Part shown: piece after piece, positions 55,251 to 64,000 of the stretch
How the letters are laid out: every line of letters starts with the position of its first letter
How positions within the stretch are numbered: position 1 is the stretch's first letter
IMG/VR virus record: IMGVR_UViG_3300038465_000055
Coordinates: 10,738-74,737 of that record
Strand: one strand, 5' to 3'
Origin: a virus
Length of the DNA stretch: 64,000 nucleotides
Made by a program: the position numbers and the translations under genes
The notes under the pieces: generated by a model
Databases searched by the model: none
The model's input: the letters and a program-made list of their open reading frames with translations, nothing else
Told to the model about the DNA's origin: nothing

Positions 55251-55383
55251 CCTTGGGAGTTGACGCTCCCGCAAGGCACTCCCTGAAACCTATCTCCGCC
55301 GCTTCCGGTTTGCAGCCCTTACTCGGCAGAAGCACTAGACAGAAACACTAACTGCGCAGGCGTCATGGGCATTGTCGCCTTTT
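55251..55383 (+). other. Structured 5' leader (three predicted stems)
   Basis: CCTTGGGAG..CTCCCGCAAGG; CTGAAACC..GGTTTGCAG; AGGCG..CGCCT followed by T. Confidence 0.45.
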
Positions 55384-55405
55384 GCCTCTAACAGGAGTCC
55401 ACACA

Positions 55406-55771
55406 ATGGCGCTACAGGGTAAAATCATCGCGCTCGAACATTCGAAGTTTGGTTTCGAGTACGTCACGACCGATTACAACAAGCCGGAGCGTATTCGGCA
55501 GGTTTGGCCGATCGCATCGCTAAAGTCTGAAGGTATGTCTTATTGCCGCGTGGACGAGGCGATCGGAAAACCGGCTTCGATCACCGATGGCCGCGTGTCC
55601 TGCTATCTTGGAAACGGCAATTGGGTTCGCGGCGAGCTATCGAACCTCGGGCAAACCGCATCGCTCTCGATTGAGATCACACCTATCCCGTGCCCGAAAT
55701 GCCGCAGAGAGACTCGCTGGCACAATGGCGCTTGGCAAAAACTTATGAAGAAAGGCTGGGTGCCAGCGTGA
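55406..55771 (+). CDS. Hypothetical early protein
   Basis: AACAGGAG RBS. Confidence 0.7.
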   Translation: MALQGKIIALEHSKFGFEYVTTDYNKPERIRQVWPIASLKSEGMSYCRVDEAIGKPASITDGRVSCYLGNGNWVRGELSNLGQTASLSIEITPIPCPKCRRETRWHNGAWQKLMKKGWVPA

Positions 55772-56181
55772 CAACGCTCCTCGGTCTGATCGACCGCGCG
55801 CCGCTGGCAGTGATGCTGGCGGCGCTGATGCTTCTGACGTTCGTTGCCTACATCCTATTGTCCACTCGCATTCGACTGACAACGATTGCGGTGCTGACAA
55901 TCCTGCCGCTTGCTCCAATCCTGATCTTGCGATTTGTGGCCGCTGCGATCGTCGCTCGCTGCGACCGCTTCCTCCATGTCTCGAAGCTTTGTGCGCCAGC
56001 GCGCCGCCGCGCTCGCTGGCTTGATCGTGAATACAACCCCGATCCGTCACCGCGGATCTCAACAGGAGAAACAGAACATGACGACCAAAGAACTCGCTAT
56101 TTGCAGCGCGCTCACGTTGCTCTCGCTAGTCGGGGCGCTGACATTGCTCGCCGTATCGTTCAACATAATAGGGTTCGATGA
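55768..56181 (+). CDS. Membrane protein (GTG start; 3' part overlaps next gene)
   Basis: GTGA coupling; two hydrophobic helices. Confidence 0.5.
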   Translation: MTTLLGLIDRAPLAVMLAALMLLTFVAYILLSTRIRLTTIAVLTILPLAPILILRFVAAAIVARCDRFLHVSKLCAPARRRARWLDREYNPDPSPRISTGETEHDDQRTRYLQRAHVALASRGADIARRIVQHNRVR

Positions 56182-56221
56182 ACCGATCGCTGTGGCTGTT
56201 CACTATGCCCGCAACCGTTAG
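56078..56221 (+). CDS. Small single-TM protein
   Basis: AACAGGAGA RBS; MTTKELAICSALTLLSLVGAL. Confidence 0.55.
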   Translation: MTTKELAICSALTLLSLVGALTLLAVSFNIIGFDEPIAVAVHYARNR

Positions 56222-56399
56222 CGATACCGCAGAAGTGCAGCGCATTGCCGACGATGTTCGCCGCGTCATGCGGATGCACACCAAATCCCTCCGCAAGATC
56301 GTCGCCGCTGCCAAGCGTCGACAATTCCGACTCCCGCTTGAACAACTCCTCCTCGCATCCATTGCGGATGCATTGATCCAGAAAAGGAAACAGTCATGA
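56205..56399 (+). CDS. Small basic protein
   Basis: Coupled to the next gene by ATGA. Confidence 0.55.
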   Translation: MPATVSDTAEVQRIADDVRRVMRMHTKSLRKIVAAAKRRQFRLPLEQLLLASIADALIQKRKQS

Positions 56400-57307
56400 C
56401 CAACCTACTCTCGCAGAAAGCCGTTCTCGCTTCCGTAAACATTTCCGGTTGGGGCGCGCGCGCCTATGACAAGAAAGTCACCGCCGAAACCAACCGCCGC
56501 CATCACGCTAACGAAGATGCCGGCCGATACAACAAACTTCTGATCGCCAAGGAAGCGATCGCCGATATCAATCGTATCGCTAGCGCCGCACGCGCGGCGA
56601 GCTACCGCCTCACGCAGCCATGGTATGACGATGGCGCGCGCGTCCTGCCTACTGCTCTATATGACGAATATGCAAAGACCATGCGAGCGTTCAAGGCAGA
56701 GTATGAGGCAGCCGTTAGAACGTTTGCTGTCTCTTATCCGCAAACCGTGACAGATGCTAAGTCGCGGCTCAACGGGATGTTCAATGCTGATGATTATCCC
56801 GACGCCAACGAAATGACCATTTACGATTGGAAGAAAAATCCGAATGGCCGATTCATGTTCGACATGGTCGTCATGCCGTGTCCTGACATTGAAGATTTTC
56901 GAGTCTCGCTTGCCGATGAACATGCGCAGGATATCAAAGAAGATCTCGAACGTCGGATGCGCGACGCTCTTGAACACGCGATGGATGAACCGATCCACCG
57001 CGTCTTAGAAACCGTAGGGCACATGGTCGAAAGATTGACCGCTTTCAAACCCGCCAAGCCGGGCAGCGGCAAGCGACCTGAGGGGCTATTCCAAGAGTCG
57101 ATGGTCAATAACATCCGCGACCTTGTGACCTTGCTGCCTGCCTTCAATCTGGCGAATAATAAGAAACTAGACAAGATCATCGTGCGGATGCGAGACGACC
57201 TTTGCAGCCATGACGCATCAGAACTAAAGACAGATGCCAAGCTGCGCGACTCCACGAAGAAAGCCGCGGCTTCTATCTTGGCCGATGCTGAAGCACTGAT
57301 GGGTTAA
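56396..57307 (+). CDS. DUF3150-like helical protein
   Basis: Helical 303 aa; TQPW...GARVLP...FNADDYP; precedes MoxR/vWA. Confidence 0.7.
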   Translation: MTNLLSQKAVLASVNISGWGARAYDKKVTAETNRRHHANEDAGRYNKLLIAKEAIADINRIASAARAASYRLTQPWYDDGARVLPTALYDEYAKTMRAFKAEYEAAVRTFAVSYPQTVTDAKSRLNGMFNADDYPDANEMTIYDWKKNPNGRFMFDMVVMPCPDIEDFRVSLADEHAQDIKEDLERRMRDALEHAMDEPIHRVLETVGHMVERLTAFKPAKPGSGKRPEGLFQESMVNNIRDLVTLLPAFNLANNKKLDKIIVRMRDDLCSHDASELKTDAKLRDSTKKAAASILADAEALMG

Positions 57308-57364
57308 ATCTCAAACTGAAACCGCGCATCACCGTGCGCATCACACACAATAGGAGACTTTACT

Positions 57365-58372
57365 ATGACCGTTCAAATCACGATGCTCGAAGCCGAACGC
57401 ATGATCAAAGCTTGCTACGCGATCAATGAGCCGCTGTTCCTTATGGGCTCGCCGGGTTCTGGCAAATCAGCGCTGTTTGAAAGCGTCGCCACTGCGCTGG
57501 GGATTGGCTTCATAGATTTTCGCTTCACAATGCGAGATCCCGTCGATATCGGCGGGATGCGCATTCCCGATCTGACAACTGGCTTCATGCGCCATTTCGT
57601 TCCAGACGATCTGCCCAACGTTAAAAAGCATGGCAAGGCTGGATTGTTTGTCTGCGACGAAATCAACGCCGTTAGCGCCATGATGCAGGCCGCTGGTTAT
57701 GGCCTGATCCAAGAGCGCCGATCTGGCTCATACAAAATGCCGGATGGCTGGGTTCCTATGGCGTCAGGCAATAACGTGGGCGATCGTGCCAGCGCGCAAC
57801 GTTTGTCCACCGCGCTCGCAAACCGCTTCAATGTGCAGCACGTTAAATCCGACGTCGTTTCATGGCTGGAGCAATTCGGCTTTGCGAACGTTCATCCTTA
57901 TGGCGTGGCCTTCCTCAAGCATCGCCCCGAACTGTTTTCAGTGATGCCGACAGCCGATCAGACAGCGTTTCCGTCAGCGCGGTCATGGACGAAGTCTTTC
58001 AAGGCGATCGACAACGATCCGACATTCCGACACAAGCTGTTCGCTGGATGGGTTGGCGATGACGCCGCGGGCGAGTTTGAAGCGTTCATGCGCATCATGC
58101 AATCCGTGATCTCGTTCGAGGAAATTCTTGCCGATCCGAAAACTGCTCGCATCCCAGAGGGGCGCGAGGCTGGCCTTTACTACGCCGTCGCCGGCATGGT
58201 CGCTCGCCTTGTCGATCGCAAGAATTTTGATCGCGCGATGGAGTATGTTGGACGACTTCTCCCCGACTACCAAGTCATGATCATCAAATCCGCGACCCGC
58301 CGCGAAGCTGGTTTGAAAAACACCAAAGCTTACGGTTCGTGGGCGTGTGCGCATCAGGACGTAACGCTATGA
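57365..58372 (+). CDS. MoxR-like AAA+ ATPase
   Basis: GSPGSGKS, CDEIN, ASGN..DR, ALANRF, PSARSW. Confidence 0.9.
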   Translation: MTVQITMLEAERMIKACYAINEPLFLMGSPGSGKSALFESVATALGIGFIDFRFTMRDPVDIGGMRIPDLTTGFMRHFVPDDLPNVKKHGKAGLFVCDEINAVSAMMQAAGYGLIQERRSGSYKMPDGWVPMASGNNVGDRASAQRLSTALANRFNVQHVKSDVVSWLEQFGFANVHPYGVAFLKHRPELFSVMPTADQTAFPSARSWTKSFKAIDNDPTFRHKLFAGWVGDDAAGEFEAFMRIMQSVISFEEILADPKTARIPEGREAGLYYAVAGMVARLVDRKNFDRAMEYVGRLLPDYQVMIIKSATRREAGLKNTKAYGSWACAHQDVTL

Positions 58373-59709
58373 ATGAGATCGTCGATATCAGAGTAACCCG
58401 CGCGCGATCAATCCTTGTGACTGATCACGCCTTCTTCGGCTCGCTGGTTATGCGAATGCCGATCGTGCAGAACACGTCGCTAAAATCCAAGACCATGGCC
58501 ACCGATGGCCATGCCACTTACTACCATCCAGAATATCTCGACGAGGTTTCGGAAGCCGAGTTGCTTGGAACGTTCGTGCATGAGCTGTTCCATTGCATCC
58601 TTGGACATCATGTGCGCCGTGGCGATCGCGACCATGATCGCTGGAATAAAGCCTGTGACTACGTCGTCAATCCGATGGTGCTAGATGCAGGCTTCAAACT
58701 TCCGAAATTCGTTTTGCTTGATCGTCGCTTCACTGGCCTGAATGCGGAACAGGTTTATCGCTTTCTTGAGGACGAGGAACAGCAGCAAGAGGATGAACAG
58801 GAGTCAGATGAGTCGCAGGACTCGCAAGACTCGCAGCACGAGCAGCCTAGCGCTGGCGACGAGCCAGACGACAGCGAAGGCGACGACGAAGGGGACAGCG
58901 ATCAGAGCGACGAAGGGGACGAAGGCGACAGCGATGACGAAGCCAGCGGTGCTGGCGATGGCTCTGGCGATGGTGAAGCGCTTCCGTCTGGCCATGGTGA
59001 CCCCGGTCACTGCGGCGAGATCCTAGACGCAGCGCCAGAGCACGACAAGGCTGCATTGAGCGAGGCAGAAGGCGAATGGGAAGTGGCCGTTCGTCAGGCT
59101 GTCAACATCGCGAAGAAAGCCGGCGAGCTGCCGGGCTTCATCAAAGAGATCATCAACGATCTGGCTGATCCCAAGACAGACTGGCGCGAAGTGGTGCAGC
59201 GCTTTGTCGATCCGAGCGCAACCAAAGACTACTCATGGCAGAACCCGAATCGCCGGCTCATGTCCATGGGATACTACGTTCCCGGCCTGATCAGCGATGG
59301 CGTGTCGCATGTTGGCATCGCCATCGATGCTTCTCTAAGCGTCAACACTGGAACGCTGCGAACCTTTGGTGGCGAGACGCAAGCCGCGCTTGATGATGGT
59401 CGCATCGACAAGCTGACACAAATTTTCTTCGATACTCGCGTGACAGCATCGAAGGAATACTCGCCGGGGGAAACGATCGATTGGGAAATCCCCGGCCGCG
59501 GAGGCACCGCGTTCTCGCCAGTGTTCAAGTGGTTCGCCGAGAATGCTCCCGATATCCAATGTCTGTTAATCTTCACTGATATGCAATGCAGTGACTTTGG
59601 ACCAGAACCGCACTTTCCTACGCTATGGTGTGGATACGGAGATCCGCGCGTTCTGCAATACTATCAAAGCAAAGTCCCCTTTGGGGAATGCGTCGACGTC
59701 AACCAATAG
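58369..59709 (+). CDS. DUF2201-like metallopeptidase-vWA protein
   Basis: MATDG, HELFH zinc motif, acidic linker, AIDASLS MIDAS-like, GRGGTAF, FTD. Confidence 0.9.
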   Translation: MNEIVDIRVTRARSILVTDHAFFGSLVMRMPIVQNTSLKSKTMATDGHATYYHPEYLDEVSEAELLGTFVHELFHCILGHHVRRGDRDHDRWNKACDYVVNPMVLDAGFKLPKFVLLDRRFTGLNAEQVYRFLEDEEQQQEDEQESDESQDSQDSQHEQPSAGDEPDDSEGDDEGDSDQSDEGDEGDSDDEASGAGDGSGDGEALPSGHGDPGHCGEILDAAPEHDKAALSEAEGEWEVAVRQAVNIAKKAGELPGFIKEIINDLADPKTDWREVVQRFVDPSATKDYSWQNPNRRLMSMGYYVPGLISDGVSHVGIAIDASLSVNTGTLRTFGGETQAALDDGRIDKLTQIFFDTRVTASKEYSPGETIDWEIPGRGGTAFSPVFKWFAENAPDIQCLLIFTDMQCSDFGPEPHFPTLWCGYGDPRVLQYYQSKVPFGECVDVNQ

Positions 59710-59721
59710 GAGAGAAACGAA

Positions 59722-59919
59722 ATGCTAATGAAATCGACATGCGCACGATGCGGCAAGATCGACGAGGATTGCCGTTGCCCATGGGACTCGCATGGCTGGG
59801 ACGATGATTATTCCGAACCACCGAGCAAACCAGTGGTGCCCGCGCTGATCTTGGCTTGCATCGCTGTTGCAATCGTTGCCGCGTTGTCACTCCCGCTTGC
59901 GCTTTGGTTGGCTCGCTGA
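59722..59919 (+). CDS. Small Cys-rich membrane protein
   Basis: AATAGGAGA RBS; CARC...CRC; C-terminal TM helix. Confidence 0.6.
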   Translation: MLMKSTCARCGKIDEDCRCPWDSHGWDDDYSEPPSKPVVPALILACIAVAIVAALSLPLALWLAR

Positions 59920-59927
59920 AAAGAGTT

Positions 59928-59956
59928 GGGGCGAGCTGTTCACCGCAGCTCGCCCC
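59928..59956. repeat. Perfect 11-bp inverted repeat (intergenic hairpin)
   Basis: GGGGCGAGCTG-TTCACCG-CAGCTCGCCCC. Confidence 0.8.
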
Positions 59957-60038
59957 CTCTATCCAAACCCGGTCAACAGGAGAGCCAACCCGGCGAGGAG
60001 AGGCTTTCCGAATATCACATTTCAATAGGAGAGTAAAA

Positions 60039-60605
60039 ATGGCATCACTCGAAGAACAATTTGGTCCGATATATCCCGATCTTGGTTCTGGCGTCGCGAA
60101 GTTTCGCAAGCGCGGGCCGATCGCCAAGATGGCCAAGGCCGATCGCCGCGCCTATGGCGAGGCTGTTGAAACCGCGATCCGCGCAAAGCAAAGGCAAGCG
60201 CTCATGAGGGAAGGCACGTCACCGCGCTCGTTTGAGCCGATAGGGGATGCCCGCGTGCAACGTCAGAGGCAGGCTTTGCAGGCCGCTGTTGCCAGCGAGC
60301 GGCGTGAGCGCGAGCCCGACGAATGGAAAAAGATGTATGAGGCGGCGATGAAAGAAAAGGCGGAGCGCGCCGCTGCTCCGCCGCCAGCGCCCAAGCCTGC
60401 GCCGCAAAGCGCTGGTCTTCCTTTCGAAGTGGTCAAGATCAAGGGACGCTTGATCGTCAAGGCGCCAGTGTGGACGATCGGCAACACGCCGCCGACCATC
60501 GCGATTTTACGCAACGCGCTTCGTTGCAAATATTCGTATCGTGACGAAGGCTATATCGCCACGGCTGCGAAGCTTGAGAAGCTTAACCAGATGCTCAACG
60601 TCTAA
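60039..60605 (+). CDS. Hypothetical protein
   Basis: AATAGGAGAG RBS before ATG 60039. Confidence 0.75.
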   Translation: MASLEEQFGPIYPDLGSGVAKFRKRGPIAKMAKADRRAYGEAVETAIRAKQRQALMREGTSPRSFEPIGDARVQRQRQALQAAVASERREREPDEWKKMYEAAMKEKAERAAAPPPAPKPAPQSAGLPFEVVKIKGRLIVKAPVWTIGNTPPTIAILRNALRCKYSYRDEGYIATAAKLEKLNQMLNV

Positions 60606-60619
60606 CAGGAGAATGAACC

Positions 60620-61012
60620 ATGCAGGAAATTGAAACTGATCACCGCTTGATCGACAACGGCCTTGTGCCGCGACCGCTATGGAGCGTTGCCATCTATCTC
60701 GTCGATCGCGAGTATGGCGGCGCCGAGGAGGGCGGCTGGTACTATGACGCTGGAGTCAAGGTCACCTCAATGATCGATGGAATGGAGGGAACGCCCTTTC
60801 CAGAACATTCTTGGAACGTCACGTTCGCCAGTGCCACGGCCGAGGAGCTGGCCAATCAATGCGCCGCTGCCGTGCAGCAGGTGTTGGATATCACCGCCAA
60901 CGCGCGCCGCCGGCCGATCAGCAGCGTCTTGTCGACAGGTCGCTATGAAGCGATGGTGTTCGAAGGCATGGCGCCTGATCGCTTCCCAGAAGAAACGCCA
61001 CACTACGAATAG
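60620..61012 (+). CDS. Phage protein with YGGxEEGGWYY motif
   Basis: AACAGGAGA RBS; DREYGGAEEGGWYYDAG...P..RP-like PHYE C-terminus. Confidence 0.75.
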   Translation: MQEIETDHRLIDNGLVPRPLWSVAIYLVDREYGGAEEGGWYYDAGVKVTSMIDGMEGTPFPEHSWNVTFASATAEELANQCAAAVQQVLDITANARRRPISSVLSTGRYEAMVFEGMAPDRFPEETPHYE

Positions 61013-61048
61013 AGCCCTTCAACCGTTCTACAATAGGAGAGAAAGACC

Positions 61049-61390
61049 ATGCGAACCAAACGACGCTCGCCAGAGCAATTAAATAAAACGTCAGCATCAC
61101 GCGCCGACCTTTTCAAATTCATGGAGCGTTTCAGCGGCAAAAACTATTGGACGATCGACGGCCCAATGGACACCGAGGTCGACGAAATATTTTGCTTCGC
61201 GCTTTGGGGAAAGGATGGCAGTCCGATGGGCGTCTGCCTCGTTCAAACGTGGTTGAGCGGCGGCTGGTCGATCTTCGTTGAGCCGTCGAAAAGCGGCGCC
61301 TTAGACGCGACAGAGGAAGGGATGCGATCACTACACGATAGCTCGCCGATCGAGCTGCCGCCCGTTCTCATGACGTCGAGTCTGCCATGA
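61049..61390 (+). CDS. Hypothetical protein
   Basis: AATAGGAGA RBS. Confidence 0.7.
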   Translation: MRTKRRSPEQLNKTSASRADLFKFMERFSGKNYWTIDGPMDTEVDEIFCFALWGKDGSPMGVCLVQTWLSGGWSIFVEPSKSGALDATEEGMRSLHDSSPIELPPVLMTSSLP

Positions 61391-61569
61391 GCGCGCCCCG
61401 CATCGGAAAGAAAAAGCGGACCCCGGAAGCACGGGCGAAGAGAAACCAGCGGCGGCGCGAGCGAAAGAAACGTGCCGCCGCTATCAAGCCAGATCTTCCG
61501 CTTCTTCCGCCGACGATCTCCTATACCTCTTATCTCGACAAGATCAGAAAGGAGTATGGCGATGGCTGA
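61387..61569 (+). CDS. Small Arg/Lys-rich protein
   Basis: ATGA coupling. Confidence 0.55.
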   Translation: MSAPRIGKKKRTPEARAKRNQRRRERKKRAAAIKPDLPLLPPTISYTSYLDKIRKEYGDG

Positions 61570-61738
61570 GAGAACCATCGGACCGAAAGAGCTGGCGCAG
61601 CGCGCGCTCGCTCAATCCAACTATGCAGGAAAGAATGCGCGGGCTCCCAAGGCCGCGACGATCGACAACCTGAAAGCCGCGACCATTGAGGCTTCAAAGC
61701 ATCGTGGCAAGCCGCGCAAGGCGAAGGCCAAGCGCTGA
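61562..61738 (+). CDS. Small basic protein
   Basis: AAGGAG RBS; MAERTIGPKE. Confidence 0.6.
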   Translation: MAERTIGPKELAQRALAQSNYAGKNARAPKAATIDNLKAATIEASKHRGKPRKAKAKR

Positions 61739-61748
61739 AAACGACGAA

Positions 61749-61772
61749 GCGGCGGGGTTGACGCCCCGCCGC
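61749..61772 (+). terminator. GC-rich hairpin closing the early operon (weak U-tract)
   Basis: GCGGCGGGG-TTGACG-CCCCGCCGC. Confidence 0.55.
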
Positions 61773-61789
61773 CTCTAAACCTGCACCGC

Positions 61790-62120
61790 TGCGACCATGG
61801 GCAAGGCGTACCCATGGGACCGAATGCAAGGCATCGCCTATTTAGGCCATTTGCCGCCAGCCGCAAGCCTGCCCATGGGCCGCTTGCCGCACCACGCCCT
61901 TTCCCCCTGCCTACCTCTAAAACCTGCCCAAAACGCCCTAATAGGGCAAAAACCAGCCCTATTTGCTGGGCCAGAAAGGCACCCTACAGCCTGCCAATTT
62001 TGGCCGCTGCCATGCGCCACTTTTAGCCCTTTCCAGCGCTGGCAAGCCCTGCCTGCCCTAGCTTTTGGCTGGAACCTGCCAAGGCCAGATCTGGCCATTG
62101 GCTGGAAACCATACCGCACC
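61790..62120. repeat. Probably non-coding spacer with seven CCTGCC hexamers and several palindromes
   Basis: CCTGCC at 61868, 61906, 61923, 61990, 62048, 62052, 62075; GGCCAGATCTGGCC at 62083-62096. Confidence 0.6.
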
Positions 62121-62130
62121 GCAACAGATT

Positions 62131-62508
62131 TTAGCCGCTGGCTCCTGTCGTCATGGGGCGATCGATAAGCTTGGCGCCCTTCTGCCCACCGGGCGCATCT
62201 GGCATGGATGCAAGATGCGCATCAGCCGCGGCGCGCGTGCCATGCTTCGGATGCTTGTGGCCGTGCTTGTGGCCGTGCTCGTCTTTTTCTGCTTTGGGCG
62301 TCGGCTGCGCCAGCAAACGAATCCTAGCTGCCATTTCGTCGATCTTGCGCTGATCGTCCTGATCGGCGTTGTCGACCGTTTCGCCGGGATTGAGCGAGCG
62401 GACCTGCAAAGGGGTGTTGAAACGGGGATCGCCTTGCGTGGTGCTGTACCGGGGATCAGCCGGCGGACGAGTTTCTTGCTTGGTGATTGGTTTGAATGGA
62501 GGGGCCAT
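62131..62508 (-). CDS. Hydrophilic, probably disordered protein
   Basis: GAGGA RBS; HGHKHGHKH. Confidence 0.7.
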   Translation of the reverse strand: MAPPFKPITKQETRPPADPRYSTTQGDPRFNTPLQVRSLNPGETVDNADQDDQRKIDEMAARIRLLAQPTPKAEKDEHGHKHGHKHPKHGTRAAADAHLASMPDAPGGQKGAKLIDRPMTTGASG

Positions 62509-62583
62509 GGTCGTATGTCCTCATGAGGAGTGTTGCCTCACCGATCAACTCAGCGAGGCTGTAAAAGATCCGACGTGATCTGG

Positions 62584-62976
62584 TTAACCCGTAGCGGCTG
62601 GGCTAGCGGCCTGCGGCGCCGCGCCGGCTACTGTCGGCACAGCCGCTTGCAGATTGGCCGTCTCTGTTGCGATCGAGCCCGCCTCCGTGACGCTGCTCGC
62701 CGAGAGCTGCGAGATTTGGCTAGTGATCGCGTCAACCTGCGCCTGATCCCCGGCGCCGATCGCCGTTTTCAGTGCGGTAATCGCCGTTTGGATCGCGGCG
62801 TCATTGTTCGTGATATTGGTGGCGATTACCTGTTGTTTGGCTGCGAGATCTGCGATCGCGGCATTCAGGGCAGTGAAGTCGGTCATGACGTTCCTCGTTA
62901 GGGTTTGGATGCCGCTGAGAATGGCATCGAGCTTCGCGCTAATACTACGGTAGGAAGTGCTCATAGGTTCCATCAT
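62584..62976 (-). CDS. Ala/Thr-rich coiled-coil protein (alternative start 62886)
   Basis: Heptad pattern. Confidence 0.7.
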   Translation of the reverse strand: MMEPMSTSYRSISAKLDAILSGIQTLTRNVMTDFTALNAAIADLAAKQQVIATNITNNDAAIQTAITALKTAIGAGDQAQVDAITSQISQLSASSVTEAGSIATETANLQAAVPTVAGAAPQAASPAATG

Positions 62977-63050
62977 TGCCTCACAACGTCGTGAAGCACA
63001 ATAGGATACAAGCTTGTGGCTAACAGGTTTTTACCATAGAAGCGATTTCG

Positions 63051-63296
63051 ATGGAAAAGAAACGCTCCAATAAATATCCGCGCGGCAGTTATGTCTACTA
63101 CCGCGACAATGTCGGCGATCTGATCATCGCCAAGGTGTTGCGCGCCCAGAGAGCTGACGGATGCGTGCCGATAATGCCTATGTGGTTTGCTCCGGAACCT
63201 GCAGTAGGACTGCCGCAGCGTCGCATCGATCGACGCCCTTCGCTCAATCCTCCAACTCAATGCATCGAAAAGGTTTCTCTTGATGATCCTAGCTGA
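63051..63296 (+). CDS. Hypothetical protein
   Basis: ORF only. Confidence 0.45.
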   Translation: MEKKRSNKYPRGSYVYYRDNVGDLIIAKVLRAQRADGCVPIMPMWFAPEPAVGLPQRRIDRRPSLNPPTQCIEKVSLDDPS

Positions 63297-63305
63297 CAGC
63301 CGCTA

Positions 63306-63515
63306 ATGGCGCCGTCCACCAAGACAACCGCTGCTGTTTATGTTGTGGGCTGCCCGCGATGCGGTTCACCACCGAACGAACTGTGCATTTACATCTGGAT
63401 GATCGAGACGAGAAAAATAAAAATCAAGACTAGCGATGGAAAATTATTGCAGCCACACAAACAACGGTACCGTGCTGCGTTTTTCAGTCGGAGTATCCAG
63501 CGATGGACGAAGTGA
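63306..63515 (+). CDS. Small zinc-finger protein
   Basis: GCPRCGSPPNELC...PHKQR. Confidence 0.6.
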   Translation: MAPSTKTTAAVYVVGCPRCGSPPNELCIYIWMIETRKIKIKTSDGKLLQPHKQRYRAAFFSRSIQRWTK

Positions 63516-63733
63516 TCTTTGATATCGCGATTCGCTCGATCGTCATGTTGGGCGGTGGTTATATTATTCTGACGCTGGTGTAGCGTCTTTCTCTCGCGCA
63601 TACGGCGTATCCCTTCGGCATTGACTGGCTGGTTTCCACCAAGGAGATCCTGGGCGCCGACTCTGGAATAGGTCGCAGCAAACACACCAACGTCTGTTTC
63701 CCACCTCTATAAATTCATGATCACCTGCCGTAG

Positions 63734-64000
63734 TCACACGTCCTCCGGAACGCGCGTATCGATCTTGGTCTTGCGCAGAATGTCCGCGAGCATCTTGGTG
63801 ATGACTTCGCTTTTCTTCTCGACCGTATCAACCGGACGGAATGCGATCATCGGAAATGGCAGGCTCACTTCCCTGCATCCGCAATAGGCCGATTTGACTT
63901 CATTCAGGTAGATCCCCGGTCGCTCCTCCTCCGGACAGTCGACACCGGGACAATCCGCAAAGCCAGCCACGGTATAGACCAAGCCAACCTGCGGCAGATA
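63734..64000 (-). CDS. Hypothetical protein, 5' end probably outside the window
   Basis: Open frame; VYTV...IYLNEV...FRP. Confidence 0.55.
   Translation of the reverse strand, partial: YLPQVGLVYTVAGFADCPGVDCPEEERPGIYLNEVKSAYCGCREVSLPFPMIAFRPVDTVEKKSEVITKMLADILRKTKIDTRVPEDV

Larger units (their letters stand above)
1..64000. mobile_element. Tailed phage/prophage segment (myovirus-type), ends not visible
   Basis: Complete terminase-portal-head-neck-sheath-tube-tape measure-baseplate-fibre-lysis gene order; no host housekeeping genes seen. Confidence 0.95.

Noticed and set aside
1-64000. CRISPR array, diversity-generating retroelement, integrase/att site, invertible fibre cassette
   Set aside because: No repeat-spacer array, reverse transcriptase or recombinase motifs recognised; weak repeats could be missed by eye.

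Overview
The whole window reads as one contiguous tailed-phage or prophage segment, probably a myovirus with a contractile tail. Its host is likely a Hyphomicrobiales/Bradyrhizobium-like alphaproteobacterium, inferred from an Omp25/RopB-like porin and a DUF3309-like gene. Layout: (i) 1-4.6 kb, + strand accessory genes: HerA/FtsK-like ATPase, two HNH proteins and a J-domain protein. (ii) 4.7-55.0 kb, mostly - strand late region. In transcription order it holds a Lys-rich peptide, PP-loop ATPase and ParB-like trio; TerS; small Zn-ribbon genes and an orphan C5 methyltransferase; TerL; portal; Mu-F-like head protein; Nudix-fused prohead protease/scaffold; decoration protein; major capsid; head-tail adaptor; a ~9 kb cassette of signal-peptide-bearing fibre-like genes; neck; sheath; tube; chaperone with a probable -1 frameshift; tape measure with SLT domain; baseplate interrupted by a GIY-YIG endonuclease; tail fibres; lysis genes; and an outer-membrane protein moron. 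(iii) 55.2-61.8 kb, + strand early-type operon with a MoxR AAA+ / metallopeptidase-vWA pair. (iv) 61.8-64 kb, a repeat-rich spacer and small genes. Two candidate undescribed systems stand out. One is a set of Sec/Tat/lipoprotein-targeted, Cys-pair-rich fibre-like proteins in the morphogenesis operon, where a tiny lipoprotein shares an LDFSxxxNSQY peptide with the fibre adaptor. The other is an unannotated 32-aa histone-H1-like peptide ending in Gly-Gly-Gly, coupled to a PP-loop adenylating enzyme and a ParB-like protein upstream of TerS. All family assignments come from motif recognition by eye, not from database searches. No integrase, tRNA, rRNA, CRISPR array or reverse transcriptase was recognised.
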